From Callorhinchus milii (lineage: Eukaryota), in assembly GCF_018977255.1 (NCBI RefSeq), contig NW_024704743.1, positions 105,774,001 to 105,838,000 on the forward strand: a stretch of 64,000 nucleotides of DNA. The letters are read 5' to 3'. Of this stretch, positions 1 to 21,993 are shown piece after piece (position 1 is the first letter of the stretch; each line of letters begins with the position of its first letter). The translations under genes and the position numbers were made by a program. Under the pieces are notes generated by a model that saw only the letters and a program-made list of their open reading frames with translations, had not been told where the DNA came from and ran no database searches.

Positions 1-127
1 CGTCCGTGAGACCGAGGGAGAGAATGGGGCCTTGGTTCAGAGTGAAGTGACCAGTCCCGGCCCCGCTCTGAGGGTGGGGGGAGGGGGAGAGAGAAGAGCA
101 GCCCCGGGGAAAGCTCTGCTCTGCTCG

Positions 128-430
128 CGGGTCGGGCCGTGTCGGGGAGTGCCGGGCCGGGCCGGGTCGGGGAGGGCCGGGCCGTGTCGGGGAGTGCCGG
201 GCCGGGCCGGGTCGGGGAGGGCCGGGCCGGGCCGGGTCGGGAAGGGCCGGGTCGGGGAGTGCCGGGCCATGTCGGGGAGGGCCGGGGAGGGCCGGGTCGG
301 GGAGGGCCGGGCCGGGCCGGGGAGGGCCGGGCCAGGTCGGGGAGGGCCGGGTCGGGGAGGGCCGGGCCAGGGAGGGCCGGGCCGGGCCAGGGAGGGCCGG
401 GCCAGGTCGGGGAGGGCCGGGCCGGGCCGC
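128..430. repeat. GC-rich tandem repeat (GGGCC/GGGTCGGGGAG units) at the start of TCEA1 intron 1
   Basis: Repeated gggccgggccgggtcggggag units are directly visible. Confidence 0.9.
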
Positions 431-454
431 TCTCACGGTAACGGCCTCACTCAC

Positions 455-529
455 CGTGCTCTTCTTGGACACCATCTTATCCATCTTCTTGGCGATTCGG
501 ACGATCTCCTCCTCCTCCTTCCTGCTCAT
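455..529 (-). CDS. TCEA1: Transcription elongation factor A1 (TFIIS), coding exon 1; gene continues off the left edge
   Basis: ATG at 529 gives MSRKEEEEIVRIAKKMDKMVSKKST (75 nt), followed by a GTGAGT donor (phase 0). This resembles the TFIIS N-terminus. Adjacency to LYPLA1 and MRPL15 favours TCEA1 over TCEA2/3. Confidence 0.88.
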
Positions 530-596
530 CGCGTGTCTAATGGTCTCGGTCGGAGCAGCCGGTCTGCCTGAGTGTCCCGCCCCCCTCCCCCTGTCT

Positions 597-1676
597 GGTG
601 TATATGGTCTTGTGTGTGTGTGTGTATATGGTCTCTCCGGTGTATGTGGTGTCGGGGGGTGTGTATGGTCTCCGGGGGGTGTATGCGGTGTCGGGGGGTG
701 TATGAGGTGTCGGGGGGTGTGTATGGTCTCCGGGGGGTGTATGTGGTCTCTGGGGGGGGGGGGGGGGTGTCGGGGGGGGGGTGGTGTCGGGGTGTGTGGG
801 GGGGGGGAGGGTGGTGTCGGGGTGTGTGTGGTGTCGGGGTGTGTGGGGGGGAGGGTGGTGTCGGGGTGTGTGTCGGGGTGTGTGGTGTCGGTGTGTGTGG
901 GGGGGGTGGTCTCTGGGGTGTGTGGTGTCGGTGTGTGTGGGGGGGTGGTCTCTGGGGGTGTGTGGTGTCGGTGTGTGTGGTGTCGGGGTGTGTGTGGGGG
1001 TGTGTGGTGTCGGTGTGTGTGGTGTCGGGGTGTGTGTGGGGGGGTGTCGGGGTGTGTGTGGGGGGGTGGTCTCTGGGGGTGTGTGGTGTCGGTGTGTGTG
1101 TGGTGTCGGTGTGTGGGGGGGGGTGGTCTCTGGGGGTGTGTGGTGTCGGGGTGTGTGTGTGTGGTGTCGGTGTGTGTGGGGGGGGTGGTCTCTGGGGTGT
1201 GTGGTGTCGGGGTGGTGTGTGTGGTGTCGGTGTGTGTGGGGGGGGTGGTCTCTGGGGGTGTGTGGTGTCGGGGTGTGTGGGGGTGTGTGGTGTCGGGGTG
1301 TGTGTGTGTGGTGTCGGGGTGGTCTCTGGGGGTGTGTGGTGTCGGTGTGTGGGGGTGTGTGGTGTCGGGGTGTGTGGTGTCGGTGTGTGGGGGGGGTGGT
1401 CTCTGGGGGTGTGTGGTGTCGGGGTGTGTGGTGTCGGGGTGTGTGGGGGTGTGTGGTGTCGGGGTGTGGGGGGGGTGGTCTCTGGGGGTGTGTGGTGTCG
1501 GGTTGTGTGGTGTCGGGGTGTGTGTGGGGGGGTGTCGGGGTGTGTGTGTGTGGTGTCGGTGTGTCGGGGTGTGTGGGGGGGTGTGTGTGGGGGGGTGTCG
1601 GGGTGTGGGGTGTCGGGGTGTGTGTGGGGGGGTGTCGGGTGTCGGGGTGTGTGTGTGTGGTGTCGGTGTGTGGGGT
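597..1676. repeat. GT-rich degenerate minisatellite (GTGTGGTGTCGGGGT-like) upstream of the TCEA1 ATG
   Basis: About 1.1 kb of G/T-rich units: gtgtggtgtcgg, ggtggtctctggggg. Confidence 0.92.
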
Positions 1677-1860
1677 GAGAGAGGGCTTCGGTTTCTCACA
1701 GAAACACAAAGGCCTCGAGAGCCCTTTCCAGAAGCGCGAACCGCGCGCACAGACAGCCCAAAGCAATGGAAAAAAGCCATCGCGTAAACAGAGGACAGGG
1801 GCCCGAAGGAGGCCCGAGTAATCGACACGCGAGCAAGTCGCTCGGGCTCCAAAAACGTTC
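1677..1860 (-). promoter_or_regulatory. CpG-rich unique segment, candidate TCEA1 promoter/5'UTR
   Basis: The only non-repetitive CpG-dense block (several CGCG) upstream of TCEA1, wedged between two tandem arrays. Confidence 0.45.
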
Positions 1861-4800
1861 ACTCTCTCTCTCTCTGCCTGGCAATGCTCCTGCACCCTCT
1901 CTCTGCCTGGCAATGCTCCTGCACTCTCTCTCTCTCTCTGCCTGGCAATGCTCCTGCACCCTCTCTCTGCCTGGCAATGCTCCTGCACTCTCTCTCTCGC
2001 TCTGCCTGGCAATGCTCCTGCACCCTCTCTCTCTGCCTGGCAATGCTCCTGCACTCTCTCTCTGCCTGGCAATGCTCCTGCACTCTCTCTCTGCCTGGCA
2101 ATGCTCCTGCACACCCTCTCTCTCTCTGCCTGGCAATGCTCCTGCACCCTCTCTCTGCCTGGCAATGCTCCTGCACCCTCTCTCTGCCTGGCAATGCTCC
2201 TGCACCCTCTCTCTCTCTCTGCCTGGCAATGCTCCTGCACCCTCTCTCTGCCTGGCAATGCTCCTGCACTCTCTCTCTGCCTGGGAATGCTCCTGCACCC
2301 TCTCTCTCTCTCTGCCTGGCAATGCTCCTGCACCCTCTCTCTCTCTGCCTGGCAATGCTCCTGCACACCCTCTCTCTCTCTGCCTGGCAATGCTCCTACA
2401 CCCTCTCTCTGCCTGGCAATGCTCCTGCACACCCTCTCTCTCTCTGCCTGGCAATGCTCCTGCACACCCTCTCTCTCTCTGCCTGGCAATGCTCCTGCAC
2501 CCTCTCTCTGCCTGGCAATGCTCCTGCACACCCTCTCTCTCTCTGCCTGGCAATGCTCCTGCACTCTCTCTCTCGCTCTGCCTGGCAATGCTCCTGCTCC
2601 CTCTCTCTGCCTGGCAATGCTCCTGCACCCTCTCTCTGCCTGGCAATGCTCCTGCACCCTCTCTCTGCCTGGCAATGCTCCTGCACCCTCTCTCTCTCTC
2701 TGCCTGGCAATGCTCCTGCACCCTCTCTCTGCCTGGCAATGCTCCTGCACCCTCTCTCTGCCTGGCAATGCTCCTGCACTCTCTCTCTCGCTCTGCCTGG
2801 CAATGCTCCTGCACCCTCTCTCTCTGCCTGGCAATGCTCCTGCACTCTCTCTCTGCCTGGCAATGCTCCTGCACTCTCTCTCTGCCTGGCAATGCTCCTG
2901 CACACCCTCTCTCTCTCTGCCTGGCAATGCTCCTGCCTGCCTGGCAATGCTCCTGCACCCTCTCTCTGCCTGGCAATGCTCCTGCACCCTCTCTCTCTCT
3001 CTGCCTGGCAATGCTCCTGCACCCTCTCTCTGCCTGGCAATGCTCCTGCACCTCTCTCTCTGCCTGGCAATGCTCCTGCACCCTCTCTCTCTCTCTGCCT
3101 GGCAATGCTCCTGCACCCTCTCTCTCTCTGCCTGGCAATGCTCCTGCACACCCTCTCTCTCTCTGCCTGGCAATGCTCCTACACCCTCTCTCTGCCTGGC
3201 AATGCTCCTGCACACCCTCTCTCTCTCTGCCTGGCAATGCTCCTGCACACCCTCTCTCTCTCTGCCTGGCAATGCTCCTGCACCCTCTCTCTGCCTGGCA
3301 ATGCTCCTGCACACCCTCTCTCTCTCTGCCTGGCAATGCTCCTGCCACCTCTCTCTCCTCTGCCTGGCAATGCTCCTGCTCCTGCTCCTCTCTCTGCCTG
3401 GCAATGCTCCTGCACCCTCTCTCTGCCTGGCAATGCTCCTGCACCCTCTCTCTGCCTGGCAATGCTCCTGCACCCTCTCTCTCTCTCTGCCTGGCAATGC
3501 TCCTGCACCCTCTCTCTGCCTGGCAATGCTCCTGCACCCTCTCTCTGCCTGGCAATGCTCCTGCACCCTCTCTCTGCCTGGCAATGCTCCTGCACCCTCT
3601 CTCTCTCTCTGCCTGGCAATGCTCCTGCACCCTCTCTCTCGCTCTGCCTGGCAATGCTCCTGCACCCTCTCTCTCACTCTGCCTGGCAATGCTCCTGCAC
3701 CCTCTCTCTCGCTCTGCCTGGCAATGCTCCTGCACCCTCTCTCTCGCTCTGCCTGGCAATGCTCCTGCACCCTCTCTCTCGCTCTGCCTGGCAATGCTCC
3801 TGCACACCCTCTCTCTCTCTCTGCCTGGCAATGCTCCTGCACCCTCTCTCTGCCTGGCAATGCTCCTGCACTCTCTCTCGCTCTGCCTGGCAATGCTCCT
3901 GCACCCTCTCTCTGCCTGGCAATGCTCCTGCACTCTCTCTGCCTGGCAATGCTCCTGCACCCTCTCTCTCTCTCTCTGCCTGGCAATGCTCCTGCACCCT
4001 CTCTGCCTGGCAATGCTCCTGCACCCTCTCTCTGCCTGGCAATGCTCCTGCACCCTCTCTCTGCCTGGCAATGCTCCTGCACTCTCTCTCTCTCTCTCTC
4101 TGCCTGGCAATGCTCCTGCACCCTCTCTCTCTCTCTGCCTGGCAATGCTCCTGCACCCTCTCTCTCGCTCTGCCTGGCAATGCTCCTGTACCCTCTCTCT
4201 CGCTCTGCCTGGCAATGCTCCTGCACCCTCTCTCTCGCTCTGCCTGGCAATGCTCCTGCACACCCTCTCTCTCTCTCTGCCTGGCAATGCTCCTGCACCC
4301 TCTCTCTGCCTGGCAATGCTCCTGCACTCTCTCTCTCGCTCTGCCTGGCAATGCTCCTGCACCCTCTCTCTGCCTGGCAATGCTCCTGCACTCTCTTTCT
4401 CTGCCTGGCAATGCTCCTGCACTCTCTTTCTCTGCCTGGCAATGCTCCTGCACCCTCTCTCTCTCTGCCTGGCAATGCTCCTGCACTCTCTCTCTGCCTG
4501 GCAATGCTCCTGCACCCTCTCTCTTGCTCTGCCTGGCAATGCTCCTGCACCCTCTCTCTCGCTCTGCCTGGCAATGCTCCTGCACCCTCTCTCTCGCTCT
4601 GCCTGGCAATGCTCCTGCACTCTCTCTCTCGCTCTGCCTGGCAATGCTCCTGCACCCTCTCTCTGCCTGGCAATGCTCCTGCACACTCTCTCTCGCTCTG
4701 CCTGGCAATACTCCTGCACTCTCTTTGCCTGGCAATGCTCCTGCACTCTCTTTCTCTGCCTGGCAATGCTCCTGCACTCTCTTTCTCTGCCTGGCAATGC

Positions 4801-5250
4801 TCCTGCACCCTCTCTCTCTCTGCCTGGCAATGCTCCTGCACTCTCTCTCTGCCTGGCAATGCTCCTGCACTCTCTCTCTGCCTGGCAATGCTCCTGCACT
4901 CTCTCTGTCTCTGCCTGGCAATGCTCCTGCACTCGCTCTCTCTCTGCCTGGCAATGTTCCTGCACTCTCTCTCTCTCTCTCTCTCTCTCTGCCTGGCAAT
5001 GCTCCTGCACTCTCTCTCTCTCTGCCTGGCAATGCTCCTGCACTCTTTCTCTGCCTGGCAATACTCCTGCACTCTCTGCCTGGCAATGCTCTGCACTCTC
5101 TCTCCCCCTCTCTGCCCGGAGATGCTCCTGCACTCCTTCTCTGCCTGGCAATACTCCTGCACTCTTTCTCTGCCAGGCAATGCTCCTGCTCTCTCTCTGT
5201 GCCTGGCAATGCTTCTGTACACTCTCTGCCTGGCAATGCACCTGCTCTCT
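1861..5250. repeat. Composite minisatellite: GCCTGGCAATGCTCCTGCAC core plus variable (CT)n spacer, copy 1
   Basis: About 100 units of roughly 28-42 bp, degenerating at the right end. Confidence 0.97.
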
Positions 5251-7684
5251 CAATGAGGGTGGGATTCCAGTGGAGAAGTTTGGTTCCCAGCTTTTGCTCC
5301 ATTGGACAGAAATGACTTCTTCCTCTGGTATAACTTGTATGATGTTCAATAATGAAACAAAGTTTTCACTCACAAAATATACAGGCAATTCACTTTACAA
5401 TATATTCTGGGAAGCGCTTTGATAAGTCTCAAAAGACATGATTAGGCACTATATCAAATGCAAGGATTATTATTATTAAATAAAGATACAAATCAATAAT
5501 CTTTGCAATTGATATAGTGCCTCAGGCTGTTAAAATGCCTATGATGTTGAAACGTCTAGAAAAGTGTATTAGGGAAAAGCTTATAGACCCTCAAACTTTT
5601 TCTTTCAATAGAAATGCAACATTTTCACTAAGTTCCTTTGAAACTATGTGCTGTGTTTATCTTACCGCTTGAAGTATTTCTGTAAAATCCTAGGCACACA
5701 GCATTGTGGAGATCACCCAGTTTATACTGTTAGGCAGATTCCGCAGACCAGATATACCAAACAATTACACATGTGCAAGCTTGCACATTCACAATCATTT
5801 GCCAGTCATAGTCCACAACTTTATTTTCTGACAGCTGGACCTTTCCTGATCGCTAGGGAAGGTGCGTAAATTCGGGTCATTGATCAAAACATTGCCATTT
5901 AAAAGTTCTGGATAGAGCTGCTGCTGTGAGTGGCAGCAGCTCTATCCAGAACTTTAAGGGGCTACTGTATATAAGGGGCTACTGTATATCAAATGCAAGA
6001 ATTCTAATTATATGCTCAGTTAATATTGTAAAATCTGACACATTAATACTGCAAAGTTATTCTCAGTACAAATATAACTGGAATAGATGAATAACTAAAC
6101 AAATTGGAATCTGTAGTACCTTAATTTTTAATTTTATTTCTTTATATTCCATAATGTCCGGTAAGGCTGGTCATAATTTGCCCTCCATTATTAAACGGAT
6201 TAGAATGAAAACCTCTTATAGGTTTACTTATGATTTTAAATGTCAGAAAATACAATTTAAATAAGCATTTTCAATTACAGATTTATAATTTACTATGCAG
6301 TATACATTGGTGATACTCAGTTTTCATTGTAACAATATTGCAATTAATATTTGTTTTGTATTGCATAATGACAATTGGCAGGAAAAATGATTGAATCAAT
6401 GGGAATTAAATTAAATGCATTTATTGGAAAAAAATAATGGAGTGTAAAACATACAAGCAGGAAGGGTTGAGGCCAGATTATAATGGTACAATTTTCTGTA
6501 GTTGGTTCTAAGAATGTCCATCTGTCTAGTCACAGACTACACCAAATTTAGAGGATTTCAGAGGGTCATTTGTTATATCTTATGTCGGATTATTACTGAT
6601 CAGGATTCTTCCAAATATGTAGGAGAGGTCAAAAGTGCACAGAGTTGATTGTTGGAAGATGATGGGGAAGAATAGAGAACAGCTTTACAATTGTATTTCA
6701 CTTGTTTGTGAGGATTTGTTTTTGTACTGATAAAATATAGTTAGAAGTATTAAATCTGTCTGGTCTCAGACACCTAATGAGAAATCATATTTTACAGATG
6801 ACAATTGTAATGTTTTCTTTATGGCTTTAAACTTTGCAACTTTAACTTAATTTCAAATCATCTATACTTTTAAAGACTGCAAACTTCACAATATCAAATT
6901 AAACGATCACAACCTGAGATTTTTAAATAAAATCTTTTATAGGGTACTTTCTATAATAATACTTGATCTAGCCTGATCAAGTCTTTCAAGACGTCTCAAA
7001 GCGTTTCACAGAAGACATTATAAAGTGAATTGACTATACACTTGGTTGGCAAAACACGACAGCCAATTGCGCACAGCAGTGTCCCACAAACATTCATGGA
7101 TTGAGTGACCAATTGATTATGATATTGCAGTTATATGCAGGTAGGTTCTTCTCTATATTTAAAAGTTACTTATTCATTATGGAGGAATTTGTAAATCTCA
7201 CTGTTCCATATGCTTTTTAGTTAGTTCTGCCTCAGTGAACCAGCAGTGGGTTGTAAATCTGAAACATTGAAGTCAAATACATCAGGAACAACCTGAACAG
7301 CAACAAAATGGGCTTAATAGACATCCTCATCACTTCCTTCAAGCTGGGAACGAATTGATTTGACTTCCCTTCTGAATATTCCACAATTTCACCAACTGGT
7401 GAAATTTCATCTACCTGTTGCAACTGGAATATTTTCAACCAAAAATTTATATACCTGAATAACCTGATTCATAAACTAGTCCAGCTGGATCAAAAGCTTT
7501 ATTAATTGGGCATTCCCATGATGTCTATCAATTCTGCAGGAATTTCTCAGGTTAACAGAGTTGAATTACCTTTCTGCTTAACCACTTTAGTTTTGAGGAA
7601 AACGTCATCCAATAAGTAATCTTCATTTTGTCTCTACTTCTCACTAAAGATCACCTCAGCTCCATTCAAGCTATGAAGGGGTGC

Positions 7685-9514
7685 CTTTTTACTGTGCTCC
7701 CTGGATAGCCTGCAGCAGTTCAGCCGTGGCACTCGGCGTTGGCTGTCCAGCAGCAGCCACACCGACTGTCCATTCCCCACTACATCCACCAGCCACCCCG
7801 GACACAGACCTGGGGAGACAATCTCTCCTCCCTCATCCCCATTCCCCCCACCCCTGCCTCACAACCTGGACCCCCCTCCCTCCCCACACACCCTTCTGTC
7901 AACCGCTCCCTCCACATCGGACTACAAAACGCCCGCTCCCTCTGTAGCAAGGCCCTGGTCATCAACGATCTCATCCTTGATGAGAGCGTTGACATCATGG
8001 CCTTAACGGAAACCTGGCTCACTCCAGGCGACACCTCACGGAGGCCACACCACCCGGCTACACCTCCCACCACATCCCTCACCCCAACCGCCATGGTGGT
8101 GGTGTAGCCCTTATCTCAAGGACACCACTTGCCCTATCCCCCTACTCCTCTGGCTCGTTCCCCTCTTTCGAGTACCTCACCCTCTCCCACCCCTCCTTCC
8201 TCTCACTCAAAATCCTCCTCTACCGGCCCCCTAAAACCTCTCCCACCTTCATCTCCGATATTTCAACACTTCTTACATCTCTCTGCCTCTGCTCTGATCG
8301 CCTCATCATCCTGGGCGACTTCAACCTGCACTTCACCCCCTCCTGCTCCATCTCTTCAGACTTCACTTCCCTGCTCTCCTCGCTCAACTTCTCCCTCCAC
8401 ATCAACTCCCCACTCACAGTCACAGTCAACCACTCGACTTGGTGATCACCCGGGGCCTCAGTGTCTCGGATGTCACTATCACCGACAAGGCCGTCTCCGA
8501 TTACCACTTCATCTCCTTCACCACCTCCACCCCCCTCCCCACCTCCACCAGACCCACCACCATCTTCTACCGCCCCTGGAAGAAGTTACCCCCACAATCC
8601 CTAACTGCTGCCTTGGAGTCCTCTAAACTCCTCTCCCTCTGGCCTTCAACCCTCACTGACCCCTCTTCTCCTCTTACCCTCCTCCACAACACCCTCTCCT
8701 CGACACTCGACACTCTTACCCCCATCACCTCCCGTACTGTCTTCTACTCTCGCTCCTCCCCCTGGTTCACCACCCACCTCCGCTCACTGAAGAGCCAGGT
8801 GCGGGCCTTTCTCCCTCATATCCGCGCCACAACTGGCACCGCCTTCCATCACCTCCGGAACATCGCCAGACTACGGCACTACCTCACCCCTCACGCTGCT
8901 AAAACTCTGGTCCACGCCTTTATCACCTCAAGGCTGGACTATGGGAACTCTCTCCTCCCGGCCTTCCCGGCACCTCCCTCCACAAGCTGCAGGTCATTCA
9001 GAACTCTGCAGCTCGTGTACAGTCCCGCACCAGGCTTCGGGACCACATCACTCCCACCCTCGCTCGCCTCCACTGGCTCCCCATCCCCCAGAGGATCGAA
9101 TTCAAGATCCTCATCCTCACCTACAAGGCCATCCACGGCCTTGCTCCCTCCTACCTCTCGGACCTACTATCCCCCTACCTACCTGCCCGTACCCTCCGTT
9201 CCTCCGGCTCCGGTCTGCTCCGCATCCCCCGTCCCAACTGCCCTACCATCGGTGGCCAGGCCTTCAGCCTCTCAGCCCCTAGGCTCTGGAACTCTATCCC
9301 CCAGTGCCTTCGCTGCCTCCTCCCTTTCCTCCTTCAAGGCTGGTCTCAAGACCTTTCTCTTTGACCGTGCCTTCAGCTCCCCTCTCGACTCTCTACCCCC
9401 TCCTCGCTCCCTCCCTTCCCCTGACAATTTCCCCCCAATGCTCGGGTCCTGACCCAACGCCTTGGGACGTTCTCCCGATGTGAAAGGCGCTCTATAAATG
9501 GAATCTTGTTGTTG
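7685..9514 (+). mobile_element. L2-clade LINE, internally deleted (APE endonuclease joined to post-RT C-terminus and 3' tail), copy 1
   Basis: LQNARSL...MALTETWL, ILGDFN and SDYHFI (endonuclease), then HLRNIARLR...FITSRLDYGNSLL and LHWLPIPQRIEFKIL. Tail ...gtgaaaggcgctctataaat...ttgttgttg. The 5' boundary is approximate. Confidence 0.88.
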
Positions 9515-11530
9515 GTCTGGAAAAAGATCAATTACACTAAATCGAAGATGATGTGAAAATCCCTTTCTTTGCCCCTCTCAACCCCTTCCCTAGCTGCTGA
9601 AGATTCTGGCTTCCACTAACCTAGTCAGATCTTCTGATGTGTGGTTTTAAAGATCATACCTGATCTGCAGTCCCTTCATTCATCCAACTATCCCCATTCT
9701 ACAGACCATCCGTGTTCACATGCCTCACTGACTCCTTTACCTCTAACTCCTTAATAAATGTCCTTTCTCTTGAAATAATCACTTTTCCTCAACCATTATA
9801 AATCCAATTTATCCAAATGTTGGATAGTCTGCACTGAACTCTGCACCCTGTGATGTCTTTTCAACGTGAAGGGCACTATACAAGTGTAATTTGTTGTATT
9901 AGGGATAATTATTATCATTGATATCTGGACTGAAGGATATCCAACTGCACACTGGACAGTGCAATGTATTGCCTACTGATAAGTCAATGCAGATTCTTCT
10001 CAGATTGAATAATTTCACAGGCATAACTTGCTCCCCTTCCCACCCCCTGTTCCTTCTTAAACAAATTCACATATTTGTGGACCTGAAAACCAGACCACTA
10101 CTTCCACCTAATGTGTAGTATTTAATGTACACTGAAAACAAACCAAATAATAAACTTCCATGGAGATTTCAATCATATTTAACCAATTGGAATATTGTTT
10201 TATTTCTGAAACATTTTAACCCAAGCATAAACTACATTAGTTTTGAAGAGGTGTGCAACATATTTCCATTGCAATTTACAGATGAGTTCACCCCACAAAT
10301 TGTATTAAAAAAGTTTAAGAATAAGTCAGTACTGTACCAATGATAACCACAAACAACTCTGAATGCCCCTGACATGGCTCTTACACTTCATGTATGAAAG
10401 ATTAATCAATTTCTATTTTGTCATTGAAATTCACTTGCATTTTAAGCAATCATTCAGGTCTCAAACACGCCACATCAACATTCTGCTTGATGTGTCAAGA
10501 TTGTTTACAAGATGGTGTTTAGCTCAACACACTATAGTAGAACTTAAAACATAATCTTGATAACTACACCATAAAAAGCAAGTATACAAAAATACACAAG
10601 CCAAATTTTTCCATTACAATAGCAGAAGAAATTGTCTAACTGAAATATATAATGGTATTCATATAAAGTTACAATCACACAATTTAGTTCTTTAAACTGA
10701 AGAAAACTTACATGGTAAAAATCTGCAACCAAACCCAATTATTCCTACTGTAACTTCTTAAATTGATATTTAATACATTATAATCCCAGACAGACAATGT
10801 TACATCCAATGCCATTGAAATGACAAAATACTGGATTCATAAATTGCAGTTCGTGTTTGCATATTTTTGTAAAGGTGAAATATATGGGAAGTTAAATTAA
10901 AGTAGCATGTTGTGCTTCAACTGATGATCAACCGGTTTATATTGTTCTTCATAAGTACTGTATAAACCTTTGTTACAAATACATATCTGTATTTAAACAC
11001 CAATCACAACACTACATTTATAGGAAATATTATAAAGCACCACCTTTGGTTATTGAATGAAATCTCATTCAGTTTATTTTATTTGCAACTATATATATAC
11101 ACTACATTTTAGACTAGTGATGAGCAACAGTCCATTCAGGGGTTTATAGAAATTGATTTCTTATACCTTTTTCATGCAGTTCAGAGAGCACTACTACCCA
11201 CCACAATCAGTTGACAAAGATTGAAAGACACAATGCAAGTAAATGCAAAGCAGATTATACTTGGGAAAGATAAAAGTGACAAGCCAAACATTTAAGGATG
11301 AGCAGTGAAATGTTCCCAATATGATCCTTGCAGTACTTGGTACTTGTTAAACTTCAAAAGAAATTACACTCCCAAGTTCCTAGATGAAGTTTACAAAATG
11401 TAAGATGGTAAAAAATGTGAAAAAAAAATAACAGATGACTGACATCTCAGAATGCAGGTGAAGGGAAGAATTAACATCAGTCATGATCCGAGGAGCCAAG
11501 TTTCAGAAAAAAATGATCTCCAATGTGATT

Positions 11531-20787
<9,257 letters not shown>

Positions 20788-21963
20788 TCAAGTCTGAAGT
20801 TAGTGCATATATTTCACATTAAAACAGCACTATTTTTTCATACCAATATTATCTAAATGTTGTGTCAATATTAATGAATCATAGAACACTACAAACACTG
20901 CCCATTTGAACTAAAAATGTAGGACATTTCTATACAATGAAAAAAATTGATGAATTTGATGCTGCATCTAAAATGTCAAAAACATCTCAAAGTGCATCAT
21001 AGATAATTTCTGTAAAGTGAAGTGACTTAAAAAAAGTCAATTCACTTTACAGTATATTCTGTATATTTACAAAATTGCAAAAGTCAATTCACTTTTCATT
21101 ATATTCTGTGAAGCGCTTTGAGACGTCTAGAAAACGCGAAAAACTATATCAAAGGCATGGTTTATTATTATTTATGATAAATTTGTAGCATACATGGCAA
21201 CCAATTTGCACACAATCAGCAATATCACACAGACATGGAAATGAATCAACAATTTATCGTGGTGATTCTTGCAAACACCATTCTCTTTTCAAATTAATCT
21301 TTAATGTCCATTGAAACACGCTTTAGTTTAACATCTAATCAAAAGATGGCAGCTCCGACGACGCAGTTTCACCCAGCACTGTCAGCTTACACTGAGCTCA
21401 AAGTCACAACATCGAATTTGAATCCATAATTTTGTGACCCAGGGGTAAGATTGCTAGCAATTGAGCCAGAATAGGTGTCAGCCTAAATCAGGATAACACC
21501 TTTTCATAAGATAGCAGCAGGAATTTCAGGATAATAATGGGCAAAATAAAGCAGACAACTGCAATCTGACCTTGGAAAGGTGATGCTTCTGCTCCCTCTA
21601 GTGTCCTGTAAACGTGTTTACAGTACACAGAAAGATGTACAGTACTACTGTACAGTACTACAAACATTCAGACATTTTGAAAGTGGAAGGCCCTTACTGA
21701 TTCAGAGATTGCTTATGAAAATGTTTGATATAGATCAAAAACAGGGAGGGTAATTTGAAATCCCATTAAGATTGGGAGGTGATGTGCACATGTGACAGTG
21801 CAACTCTTAGATATCTCCCTGCAGAGATGCACAATTTTCCATTTGGTATACAAAGATCACAACCTGAGCAGTTACAATGATCCACCAAGCACATTTTAAA
21901 AGTGACATTCTGTAATGAATAATGTACCCATTTTTTTCAGAGCGATGGAGTACATGCATTTAA

Positions 21964-21993
21964 NNNNNNNNNNNNNNNNNNNNNNNNNNNNNN
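21964..21993. other. Assembly gap (30 N)
   Basis: Run of N. Confidence 1.

Noticed and set aside
32..1821. Gly/Val/Cys-rich and Gly/Arg-rich ORFs
   Set aside because: They are translations of GC- and GT-rich simple repeats.
1861..5250. CRISPR-like repeat-spacer appearance
   Set aside because: The spacers are only (CT)n, there are no cas genes, and the context is an intron-containing vertebrate locus.
537..5422. ORFs of 1100-1560 aa on both strands (also 21896-23999)
   Set aside because: They are translations of a stop-free minisatellite. All frames are open with the same repeating peptides.
8439..9452. 337-aa ORF as a host gene
   Set aside because: It is a frameshifted L2 ORF2 remnant.
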